A stretch of DNA of 64,000 nucleotides from an uncultured Pelagibacteraceae bacterium (GTDB taxonomy: Bacteria > Pseudomonadota > Alphaproteobacteria > Pelagibacterales > Pelagibacteraceae): contig CACGTU010000005.1 in the NCBI GenBank assembly GCA_902576045.1, positions 6,507 through 70,506 of the forward strand, in the 5' to 3' direction. Shown one piece after another: positions 19,618 through 28,256 of this stretch. Both the position numbers and the translations under genes were made by a program. The notes beneath the pieces are model-generated. The model had not been told where the DNA came from, made no database searches, and worked only from the letters and a program-made list of their open reading frames with translations. Position 1 is the first letter of the stretch. Every line of letters begins with the position of its first letter.

Positions 19618-20504
19618 TACTTGTGTTTAACAAGTTTTAACATTTCTCTTGTTTCAGCTGGCGTCATGATTGAGGCACCTAAATCTTCAACGATACGAAC
19701 TGCTTTTTCAACCAACTGAGCATTTGTTGCTAATTTTCCTTTTGATAAATATAAATTATCTTCCAATCCAACTCTTGGATTTCCACCCATAACAACTGTT
19801 TGAGCTACATAAGGCATTTCATTTCTAGAGATTGCAAAGCCAGACCAAACTGCTTCTTTAGGCATTGTATCTTTCATTGCTTGCATTGCTAAAGGTGTAG
19901 CAGGTGCTCCCCAAGGAATTCCTAAACACATTTGAAACATCGGAGGATCACTTAATAATCCTTCTTTATATAACTGAGATCCAAACCACATGTTTCCCAA
20001 ATCAAATGCTTCTATTTCTGGTTTTACTTTTATTTCTTGTAATTTTTTTGCAGCTTTTCTTAAATCATTTGGAGTGTTTACTGTTATTACAGATCCATCA
20101 CCAAAGTTTAATGTGCCAGCATCAAGTGTGCAAATTTCTGGTAAAAATTGTTCTGCATTTGCAATTCGTTCCATAACGTTTGCCATATCTGTCATGGGTC
20201 CAAAGTCTAAAGGATTTTCACCTTGCCCAATATCCAAATCACCACCCATTCCTGTTGTTAAATTTAAAATAACATCTGTTTCACTTGATCTAATTCTATC
20301 AACAACTTCTTTATATAATTCTAATCTTCGACTTGGGGTACCGTCCTCTTCCCTTACATGAATATGTGCTATTGCAGCTCCGGCTTTTGCAGCTTCAATT
20401 GCTGATTTTGCAATTTGTTCTGGGGTTTTAGGTAAATCTGGATGTTTACTAGCTGTATCACCAGAACCAGTCACAGCACAGGATACAAAAACTTTATTGT
20501 TCAT
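19617..20504 (-). CDS. cdhC: Beta-keto acid cleavage enzyme (BKACE/DUF849), likely 3-dehydrocarnitine cleavage enzyme
   Basis: CAVTG, AGAAIAHIHVR, NLTTGMGG, RVGLEDN; overlaps cdhA start. Confidence 0.85.
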   Translation of the reverse strand: MNNKVFVSCAVTGSGDTASKHPDLPKTPEQIAKSAIEAAKAGAAIAHIHVREEDGTPSRRLELYKEVVDRIRSSETDVILNLTTGMGGDLDIGQGENPLDFGPMTDMANVMERIANAEQFLPEICTLDAGTLNFGDGSVITVNTPNDLRKAAKKLQEIKVKPEIEAFDLGNMWFGSQLYKEGLLSDPPMFQMCLGIPWGAPATPLAMQAMKDTMPKEAVWSGFAISRNEMPYVAQTVVMGGNPRVGLEDNLYLSKGKLATNAQLVEKAVRIVEDLGASIMTPAETREMLKLVKHK

Positions 20505-20539
20505 AATTTATAATTCACTTATAGTTTAAAAAAGCAAAA

Positions 20540-21265
20540 ATGGAAATAACTGAGTTACAAAAAGATTTAGCTGCAACATTTAGGTGGACAGCAAGACTAA
20601 ATATGCATGAAGCGGTTGCAAATCACTTTAGTGCTTGTGTTCCTGGATCCTCAGATTTCTACGTAAATAAAGCTGGTATTCATTTCAGTCAAATTAAAGC
20701 TAGTGATTTAATTTTAATAACAAAAGAAAATATTGAAGAACTTAGAAATAAACCTGAAGTAGTAGATTCAACAGCATTAAATATACATGGAACTATTCAT
20801 GAAAAAGCTCCACATGCTAAATGCATTTTTCATCTTCACTCAAAATATGCAACTGTTCTTTCGACATTAAAAGATCCAACGCTTAAACCAATAGATCAAA
20901 ATACTATGTTTTTTTATAATAGAGTTGCTGTTTATGATGATTTTGGAGGATTGGGGTTTGAGGAAGAATCTATCAAAATGGCAAATGCTCTTGGAAATAA
21001 ACAGCATATGATTTTAGCAAATCATGGCATCATAACAACTGGAGAGACAGTTGCTGAAGGTTTTAATTCTTTGTACTATTTTGAAAAAGCTGCAGAAACT
21101 TACATTACAGCTCTATCAACAAATAAAAATTTAAATGTTGTTAGTCATGAGGTTGCAGAAAAAACTTGTGAGGAAGCTGCAAATTATCCGGTTGATACAG
21201 CAAAACAATTTTTATCTCAAATTAGATTAATTTTAGATAAAGAAGAACCTGAATACGTAAATTAA
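20540..21265 (+). CDS. Class II aldolase/adducin family protein
   Basis: ANHFS, IHGTIH, HLHS, NHG Zn-ligand motifs. Confidence 0.85.
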   Translation: MEITELQKDLAATFRWTARLNMHEAVANHFSACVPGSSDFYVNKAGIHFSQIKASDLILITKENIEELRNKPEVVDSTALNIHGTIHEKAPHAKCIFHLHSKYATVLSTLKDPTLKPIDQNTMFFYNRVAVYDDFGGLGFEEESIKMANALGNKQHMILANHGIITTGETVAEGFNSLYYFEKAAETYITALSTNKNLNVVSHEVAEKTCEEAANYPVDTAKQFLSQIRLILDKEEPEYVN

Positions 21266-21266
21266 T

Positions 21267-21734
21267 ATGAGTATATTTCTTAAAAGCCAAAAAATAATTA
21301 AAGATTGGATTGATTATAATGGCCATATGAATGTTGCCTACTATGTATTGATTTTTGATGAAGCATCAGAGGGTATGCTTAATAAATTTAAAATGGGAGC
21401 AATTGATGCAAAGGCAAATAATAGAAGTACAATGGTCGTTGAGTCGAGAATTACATACAATAACGAGGTAAAAGAAAATGAGGAAGTTGACGTTTATTGT
21501 AATTTCTTCGATCATGACAAGAAAAGACTAGTTGTTAGATATGAAATGTATGAAAAAGAGACCAAAAAATTAGCTGCTTCTTTAGAATCCATGTCGCTTT
21601 ATATAGACCTTGAAAAAAGAAAAGTTACAGAATTTGAGCAAGAAAAATTGGAAATAATGGATAAATTTATAAATGAAAATAAGGAAAAATTTAATTCAGA
21701 AAATTTAGTTTTATCTGGTAAACTGAAAAAGTAG
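21267..21734 (+). CDS. cdhB: Hotdog thioesterase, CdhB-like
   Basis: WIDYNGHMNVAYY motif as in carnitine-dehydrogenase-associated thioesterases. Confidence 0.7.
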   Translation: MSIFLKSQKIIKDWIDYNGHMNVAYYVLIFDEASEGMLNKFKMGAIDAKANNRSTMVVESRITYNNEVKENEEVDVYCNFFDHDKKRLVVRYEMYEKETKKLAASLESMSLYIDLEKRKVTEFEQEKLEIMDKFINENKEKFNSENLVLSGKLKK

Positions 21735-21736
21735 TT

Positions 21737-22564
21737 ATGGAAGTAAAATTATTATCAGGCGCATTAGGTGCAGAAGTTTCTGGGATTGATTTAACAGATA
21801 GTTCTGATGAAAACTTTAATAAAATTAATGAATTATTATTAGAGCACAAAGTAATATTTTTTAGAGATCAACCTTTAACCTCTGAACAACAAATTTTACT
21901 TGCAAAAAAATTTGGTCCTCTTGAGACACATGCTTATGTAAAAGGTTTAGAAAATTTTCCAGAAATAGTAAGAATTAAAAAGGCACCTGAGGAAAAGCAT
22001 CAGTGGGGAGAAACATGGCATACAGATGTAAGTTATAATCCAAAGCCAACAAAAGTTATTATTTTAAAATCAGTAAAAATTCCACCAGTTGGTGGGGATA
22101 CCATGTTCTCAAATATGGAAACTGCCTATGATACCTTATCAGATGAGATGAAAGAAAAAATCAAAGATAAAAAAGCTGTTCATAGTTCTCTTGGTGCAGA
22201 AGCGTTTGTAAAAAAATATAAAGAGATGGAGGGTAATGGAAATTTAGATGAATATTCAAATATCCATCCGATAGTTAGAGTTCACCCAGAAACAGGTAAA
22301 AAAATACTTTATGTTAACTCGATGTATACAAAACAGATAATTGATATGGATAAAGATGAAAGTGATAAAATTTTAAAAGAATTATTCCTCCATCAAGAAA
22401 GATTAGATTTTACATGTAGATTTAAATGGACTGAAAATGCTGTTGCAATTTGGGATAATAGAAGTACGCAACATCAAGGTCTAACAGATTTTTTTCCAAA
22501 CAGAGGTCTTGGATTTGAAAGAGTAATGGACCGTATAGCTATTGAGGGTGATCATCCTCAATAA
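21737..22564 (+). CDS. TauD/TfdA family Fe(II)/2OG dioxygenase
   Basis: LGAEVSGIDL, WHTD, GGDTMF, HPIVRVHPETG, WDNRSTQH. Confidence 0.9.
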   Translation: MEVKLLSGALGAEVSGIDLTDSSDENFNKINELLLEHKVIFFRDQPLTSEQQILLAKKFGPLETHAYVKGLENFPEIVRIKKAPEEKHQWGETWHTDVSYNPKPTKVIILKSVKIPPVGGDTMFSNMETAYDTLSDEMKEKIKDKKAVHSSLGAEAFVKKYKEMEGNGNLDEYSNIHPIVRVHPETGKKILYVNSMYTKQIIDMDKDESDKILKELFLHQERLDFTCRFKWTENAVAIWDNRSTQHQGLTDFFPNRGLGFERVMDRIAIEGDHPQ

Positions 22565-22569
22565 TCTTG

Positions 22570-23106
22570 ATGCAGATTATCGAAAAAATTATTTCAAATT
22601 TTTCTAATAATAATTCATTATACATCGGGGAAAAACTTACAATGTCAGAGCACATGATCCAATCCGCAATGCTTGCTGAAAAATCTAAATGTAATGATGA
22701 TTTAATATGTTCCTGTTTATTGCATGATTATGGACATTTTATAATAGATAACCCTGATGAGCTTGTAAAAAATAAATTAGATGGTGGGCATGAGTTAATT
22801 GGATATGAATATTTAAAAAAATTCTTTAAAAAACAAATAGTAGAACCAATTAGATATCATGTTTTAGCTAAAAGATATCTTGCAAGAAACAAAACATATT
22901 TTGAAAAACTATCGAAAGCATCAAAAGTAAGCTTAGAACTTCAAGGTGGTATATTAAATGATAAAGATACTGAGAGTTTTAAAAGGAAATCTTATTTCAA
23001 ATCATCAATTTTACTGAGAAAATTTGATGAGGCTGCAAAAAAAACATATGTCAAAATGAAAACTATTCATGATTATAAAAAATTGCTAATTTCAAAAATA
23101 ATATGA
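22570..23106 (+). CDS. HD-domain di-iron oxygenase, PhnZ/TmpB-like
   Basis: YIGE, EHMIQSA, LLHDYGH, GHE, YHVLAKRYL, SLELQGG, RKFDEAAK; ATG at 22570 (TTG at 22567 possible). Confidence 0.75.
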   Translation: MQIIEKIISNFSNNNSLYIGEKLTMSEHMIQSAMLAEKSKCNDDLICSCLLHDYGHFIIDNPDELVKNKLDGGHELIGYEYLKKFFKKQIVEPIRYHVLAKRYLARNKTYFEKLSKASKVSLELQGGILNDKDTESFKRKSYFKSSILLRKFDEAAKKTYVKMKTIHDYKKLLISKII

Positions 23107-24686
23107 ATTTTGATTATTTAATAGTTGGGGCTGGTTCGGCTGGATGTGTGGTTGCAAACAGATTATCGGAAGATACAAATAATACTGTTGCAATTTTTGA
23201 GGCAGGTGGATCTAGTGATATTTGGAAAGTTAAGATGCCATTGGCGCTATTGTATACAATGCATGATCCAAAATATAATTGGAAGTATTATTCAGAACCT
23301 GAGCCATACTTAAATAATAGACGTGTCTTTTGTCCAAGAGGAAAGATGATTGGTGGATGTTCGTCACATAATGGTATGGTTTTTGTTAGAGGTAATAGAG
23401 ATGATTATACAAGATGGGAAAATTTTGGATTAAGTAATTGGTCTTATGATAAAGTACTACCGTACTTTAAAAAAATAGAGACTTGGTCTGGTGGAGAAAA
23501 TCAATTTAGAGGCTCTTTGGGTCCTCTTCCAGTAAATCTATCTGAAAATTCAAATCCATTATTTAAAGCATTTATTGATGCGGCAGCTGAAGCAGGTCAC
23601 AGAAAAAATATAGATATGAATGGTGAAGATCAGGAAGGATTTGGTATGTTTGATACTACAATGCACGAAGGTGAAAGAGCTGGTGTTGCAAAATATTATT
23701 TAAATCCTGTTAAAAATAGAAAAAATTTAAATATTTTAAAAAATTCTTTTGTTGAGAAAATATTATTTGAAGGAAAAAAGGCAGTCGGTCTTCAAGTAAA
23801 AATTAAAAATAAAGTTCAAAAAATCTATGCAAATAAAGAAGTAATACTGAGTGGAGGATCTATAAATTCTCCCCAATTATTAATGCTATCAGGTATTGGT
23901 GATGAAGCTCACTTAAGAGATAACGGCATTGAAGTTGTGCATAACTCAAAAGGTGTTGGAAAAAATTTACAAGACCATCTTGAAACTTATATTCAACAAA
24001 AATGTAAGACACCCAACACTCTTTATACATACACAAAATTAATACCTAAAGTTTTAGCAGGGATACAATGGTTTATGTTTAAATCAGGACCTTGTTCAAA
24101 ATCATTTTTGGAGGCTGGAGGTTTTGCAAAATCTTCACCAGAGAGAAAAGTTGCTAACATTCAATTTCATTTCTTTCCATCTTTTGTAATAAATCATGGA
24201 TTAGAAGATCCAGACTCGCACGGTTATCAATTACACGCGAGTCCAAATCATCCAAAAAGTAGAGGTGAGATAACTCTAAATTCATCGGATCCATACGATT
24301 ACCCTAAAATTTTATTTAATTATTTAAAAGAAGAAGAAGATCTAAAACAAACTAGAGAATGTATTCATGTTGCAAGAAAAATTCTATCTCAACCAGCTCT
24401 TGCAGAACATGCTGGAGATGAAGTTGGACCAGGTTTTAACGCTCAGTCAGATGATGAATTAAATGAATATATAAGATCTAAAGCTGATACCGCTTATCAC
24501 CCTTGTGGAACTTGTAAAATGGGAGTGGATGACATGGCAGTTGTAGATCAAGATTTAAAAGTAAATGGAATTGGAAATTTAAGGGTAATTGATGCATCAG
24601 TTATACCTGAAATTCCAAGCGCTAATTTAAATGCCCCCACCCTAATGATTGCTGAAAAAGGTTCTGAGGCTATTCTTAATAATTAA
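23103..24686 (+). CDS. betA: Choline dehydrogenase / GMC oxidoreductase
   Basis: GAGSAG, PRGKMIGG, NLQDHLE, AYHPCGTCKMG, NLNAPT. Confidence 0.85.
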   Translation: MNFDYLIVGAGSAGCVVANRLSEDTNNTVAIFEAGGSSDIWKVKMPLALLYTMHDPKYNWKYYSEPEPYLNNRRVFCPRGKMIGGCSSHNGMVFVRGNRDDYTRWENFGLSNWSYDKVLPYFKKIETWSGGENQFRGSLGPLPVNLSENSNPLFKAFIDAAAEAGHRKNIDMNGEDQEGFGMFDTTMHEGERAGVAKYYLNPVKNRKNLNILKNSFVEKILFEGKKAVGLQVKIKNKVQKIYANKEVILSGGSINSPQLLMLSGIGDEAHLRDNGIEVVHNSKGVGKNLQDHLETYIQQKCKTPNTLYTYTKLIPKVLAGIQWFMFKSGPCSKSFLEAGGFAKSSPERKVANIQFHFFPSFVINHGLEDPDSHGYQLHASPNHPKSRGEITLNSSDPYDYPKILFNYLKEEEDLKQTRECIHVARKILSQPALAEHAGDEVGPGFNAQSDDELNEYIRSKADTAYHPCGTCKMGVDDMAVVDQDLKVNGIGNLRVIDASVIPEIPSANLNAPTLMIAEKGSEAILNN

Positions 24687-24721
24687 TATTATAATCATTC
24701 TCGATTTGATATAGGTGTCTG

Positions 24722-25672
24722 ATGGACACAAACCAAAATACCAAAGGCATTTTTTTTATAATGACTGGTATGGCATTTTTTTCAATTCAAGACGGTTTAA
24801 TAAAATTTATTTTTGAGGATATAGCGCTATTTGAACTTTATTTTGGAAGAACACTTATCCAAGCAATATTTTTGTTGTGTTTTATTATTATAACAAAAAA
24901 ATCAATCTCATTAAAAACACACTACCCCATATTGACTTTAATAAGAGTTGTTTGTTTTTTCTTTGGATTTAGTTTTTTTTATATTTCTTTAACATTCATG
25001 ACACTTGCTATGACGAGTGCGTTATTTTTCTCCTGTCCATTTTTTATGTCCATGTTTGCAAAGTTTTTTTTAAAAGAAAAAATCGGTATAAGAAGATGGA
25101 GTGCAATTGTCGTTGGTTTTATTGGTGTATTAATTGTTTTAAATCCAACATTGGAAGATTTTAATTTTTTCAAATTGGCGCCAGTTGCTTGTGCGCTCTG
25201 TTATTCAATATCTATGACAATAACCAAATATACATCTGATAAGGATAGCATTTACACACAAATGACATGGCTTTATATTTTTGCATTACTTGCAAGTTTA
25301 TTAATATTTGCTGTGAGTGGGGATGGTAAATTTAATACTTTCACTGATCCAACGTTACAATTTATTGTGAGAGAATGGTTCACAAATCCATCTGATGCTT
25401 GGCCTTATGTTTTAATAATGGGAACAGTTGCATCAATTTCATTTTTTTGTGTATTTACTGCGTATAGTATTGCATCACCTTCGGTTGTATCATTGTTTGA
25501 ATATTCTTACATAATCTGGGCGATATTAGCTGGCTATATCTTATTTGAAACTATTCCAGTGCCGAGAACTTTGTTTGGGGCGTGTATAATTATTGGAGCA
25601 GGTGTTTATATTTACTTCAGAGAGAAAGTTAGAGGTCAAATGATTGCAACTGACACACCACCAAATAAATAA
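24722..25672 (+). CDS. DMT/EamA family transporter
   Basis: About 10 TM helices, LKEKIGIRRW, GFIGVLIVL. Confidence 0.85.
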   Translation: MDTNQNTKGIFFIMTGMAFFSIQDGLIKFIFEDIALFELYFGRTLIQAIFLLCFIIITKKSISLKTHYPILTLIRVVCFFFGFSFFYISLTFMTLAMTSALFFSCPFFMSMFAKFFLKEKIGIRRWSAIVVGFIGVLIVLNPTLEDFNFFKLAPVACALCYSISMTITKYTSDKDSIYTQMTWLYIFALLASLLIFAVSGDGKFNTFTDPTLQFIVREWFTNPSDAWPYVLIMGTVASISFFCVFTAYSIASPSVVSLFEYSYIIWAILAGYILFETIPVPRTLFGACIIIGAGVYIYFREKVRGQMIATDTPPNK

Positions 25673-26637
25673 TGAAATCATATATCCCTACAATTAATAT
25701 ATCTTCTTTGTTAGATGGTAAATTCGTTTCAAAGGAAGCAAAAAAAACTATACAATCAATTAAAAAAGCATGTGTAGAAGTTGGTTTTTTTCAAGTAATT
25801 GGTCATGGTTTAAAAAATGAGGAAATCAAAAACATTTGTGCTGTTGGAAATAAATTTTTCAATATGGAAGATAAATACAAAAAAAAATTATCTCCTAAAA
25901 AATGGAATAAACAAAATAAAAATATTTATAGAGGGTATTTTCCCAATGATGTTAATGGAAAAGAAGGTTTAGACTTAGGAGATTTAAAAGTCTCCTCTAA
26001 ATACTCAAATAATATCAAAAACCAATATATTGAATATTTAAATCTTCAAAAATGTTTTAATTCAAAAGCAATTAAAAAATTAAATAATTACTTTGATAAT
26101 ATTTTTTGTTTAAGTGAAATACTTTTTAAAAGTATCATAGTTTATTACAAAAAAGATCCCAAAATTTCAAATCAAGCTTTTTCAAGACTAAAAACTCTAA
26201 GCACATTAAGGTTCAATAATTATCCAAATCAAAAAAGGCCTGTTGAGATCTCAAAGCAAGACGGTGTTGCATTAGGATGTGAAACACATGTTGATAGTGG
26301 TATTTTCACTGTACTTTATCAAGATAAAAAAGGTGGATTACAAGTTCAAAACCGAAAGAGTAAAAAATGGTATGACATACCATTTAATAAAAAGGCATTT
26401 GTGGTCAACACTGGAAGAGCTTTAGAGTACTTAACCAAAGGAAAATTTAAGGCAACAAATCATCGTGTGCTTTGGAATAGATCAAAGAGAATGTCTATTC
26501 CATTTTTTTTTGAGCCGTCTTTTGATTTTAAAATGCATCCTTCATATTTGTTGGGCAAAAAAACTATAAATAAAGGTCAAATTTACGAAAAATTTTTAAA
26601 TAGCTCCTTAAAGAAATTTGTTGAATATCAACGATAG
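25672..26637 (+). CDS. Isopenicillin N synthase-like Fe(II)/2OG oxygenase
   Basis: VGFFQVIGHG, YRGY, HVDSG, GGLQV, NHRV, RMSIPFF. Confidence 0.85.
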   Translation: MKSYIPTINISSLLDGKFVSKEAKKTIQSIKKACVEVGFFQVIGHGLKNEEIKNICAVGNKFFNMEDKYKKKLSPKKWNKQNKNIYRGYFPNDVNGKEGLDLGDLKVSSKYSNNIKNQYIEYLNLQKCFNSKAIKKLNNYFDNIFCLSEILFKSIIVYYKKDPKISNQAFSRLKTLSTLRFNNYPNQKRPVEISKQDGVALGCETHVDSGIFTVLYQDKKGGLQVQNRKSKKWYDIPFNKKAFVVNTGRALEYLTKGKFKATNHRVLWNRSKRMSIPFFFEPSFDFKMHPSYLLGKKTINKGQIYEKFLNSSLKKFVEYQR

Positions 26638-26654
26638 TAATAATAAAGTTAAAA

Positions 26655-26715
26655 AATAAAGCGATACATAACTCGTCGTTATATCTTAATTATACGAAAG
26701 TGGGATCAGTCGTTT
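26655..26715 (+). ncRNA. Structured RNA motif, copy 1 (no same-strand gene downstream)
   Basis: 25-nt block identical to 28166-28190 and 20-nt block 19/20 identical to 28209-28228, with a different but still hairpin-forming spacer. Confidence 0.65.
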
Positions 26716-26770
26716 AATTCAACTAAAGCAAAGTTGAGAATAAATTAGCTAATTAATGCGGTTAAAAAAT

Positions 26771-27733
26771 TTACAGTAAATAAATTAAAATATAATTATC
26801 TAAAACTGGAAATATTCCAATTTTTTCAAAGTATTTTTTAATATACTGTCCTTTGCCTTTATTCGCTCCTGAAAAATTATCATCTATTGCTATGATAGAT
26901 CCTTTTTTTAAATTATTCGTTAAAGCAAGAAGCTCGAAAATATGATGGAGCGATGATTCGTGATCAATTTTTTCAGAATAATCAAAAGAATCTAAAAAAG
27001 CTAAATCTATCTTTTGATTATGCTTATAAAGTGCTTTAACTGAATCTTCATTTATAAATTCAGCACTAAGTCTAAGCTTTTTTATAATTTTTTCGCAATT
27101 TGGGTCTATGTCAATGCTTGTAAATTCACCTCCAAAAAAATTTGAATAATCTGAAAATATTTGTGTCGAACAACCATCTCCTTCAAAGTTTTCTTCTAAC
27201 CTTATAGATCCAGTTTCAATTATATTTTTCACTTTTTGTTTTATCATTAAATTAATTAGATAAAGATAGTCATCTTTCCTTTTGCCGAGTTTTAAATAGA
27301 ATTTATTTTTGAAATATTCTACAAAGTTATGACTTTCAAAATTTATTTTTTGTTTAATTATTTTTTTTTTTACTTCATTTTTGTTATTTTCAAATTCATT
27401 AATATAATTTAAAATTTTTATTATTATATCTTTATAATCTTCATTTAGGTTTAAACTATTTTGGATTAGAGGTTTAATTTTGTTATTATCACTTAATTTT
27501 CTTAATTCTTTACCTATTATTTGTTTGTCTAATTTATTTTTTTTATTGATAAATTCACTAGAATTTGCAACATTTAAACAGAATTCTACTAAACCAGTTT
27601 TTGAATTAACTATTTCATTAATTAGCTCCATGGTCTCAGGCTCGCGACCAAGAAATTTCTGAAACACAATTTTTACATCTTTTTTATCTGTTCTTCTAAA
27701 AAGATCTTTAATTTTTTCTCTAATGTAAGACAT
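26771..27733 (-). CDS. Class I SAM-dependent methyltransferase (Methyltransf_24-like) with N-terminal LGREP (DUF4214-like) segment
   Basis: IIETGS, SIDID, DLAFLDS, IAIDDN; ATG 27733 preferred over 27841; visibly AT-rich and opposite in strand to its neighbours. Confidence 0.7.
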   Translation of the reverse strand: MSYIREKIKDLFRRTDKKDVKIVFQKFLGREPETMELINEIVNSKTGLVEFCLNVANSSEFINKKNKLDKQIIGKELRKLSDNNKIKPLIQNSLNLNEDYKDIIIKILNYINEFENNKNEVKKKIIKQKINFESHNFVEYFKNKFYLKLGKRKDDYLYLINLMIKQKVKNIIETGSIRLEENFEGDGCSTQIFSDYSNFFGGEFTSIDIDPNCEKIIKKLRLSAEFINEDSVKALYKHNQKIDLAFLDSFDYSEKIDHESSLHHIFELLALTNNLKKGSIIAIDDNFSGANKGKGQYIKKYFEKIGIFPVLDNYILIYLL

Positions 27734-28061
27734 TAATATAAAATTTAAAATATTTAAATGATATAAGTTTGTATACAATAAAAAAGTAAAAGCATTGAAA
27801 TTTTGCTGCTTTAAAATTAAATAATTTGTTATAATGAACATTTTTTGAAAATTTATTAATTTTAAACTCTACTGATTTATATAGGAAAATATTTTTAAAA
27901 ATTTTTAAAAGACTGTAGAGTCACTAATTTATTCTACTACATTTTTGCATAACAGTATATATTTGTACCAATAAACCCATACCGACCGACCTATTTAACC
28001 ATGAGTCTAGTAATAACTTCTTTAATTTTAGGTGGTTTTCGGCAGATGCCACCTGGGATAT

Positions 28062-28110
28062 TTAGTCAAAAATTAGTCAAATAATCTCGTAATCCCCCTT
28101 TTACCCCCTT
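28062..28110. repeat. Two pairs of short tandem direct repeats
   Basis: TTAGTCAAA at 28062 and 28073 (11-bp period); CCCCCTT at 28094 and 28104 (10-bp period). Confidence 0.6.
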
Positions 28111-28165
28111 GTGGTAAAACTTTTTGTATATCCTGAAGTTATAAAAAGTGGTATGGTTACTTATT

Positions 28166-28252
28166 AATAAAGCGATACATAACTCGTCGTAACTGTTCCA
28201 AGGGCATAACGAAAGTGGGATCGGTCGTCTTTAAATTAAATTTTAAAGGAGG
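28166..28252 (+). ncRNA. Candidate riboswitch (structured RNA motif copy 2) with anti-SD expression platform
   Basis: Nested stems UAAAG-CGAU/GUCG-U-CUUUA, CUCGU/GUGGG, CGU/ACG, UGUUC/GGGCA; alternative hairpin 28228-28249 masks SD AAAGGAGG (28245-28252) of the ATG at 28257. Confidence 0.7.
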
Positions 28253-28256
28253 CTTT

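Noticed and set aside
28001-28075. 24-codon ORF MSLVITSLILGGFRQMPPGIFSQN
   Set aside because: No RBS or coupling; overlaps the hairpin and repeats; likely chance.
26655-28233. Repeated motif as CRISPR repeat or integron attC
   Set aside because: Only two copies 1.5 kb apart, no cas or intI gene, and ACATAAC has no complementary GTTATGT at the far end as an attC would need.
28166-28233. Match to SAM-V, glycine, TPP, cobalamin or c-di-GMP-I riboswitches, or a tRNA
   Set aside because: Their hallmark sequences and a cloverleaf/T-loop are absent by eye; an Rfam scan is still needed.
28215-28256. GTG start of the LLM gene given in the ORF track
   Set aside because: Lies inside the RNA motif; ATG 28257 has a strong SD and a typical MKFG N-terminus.
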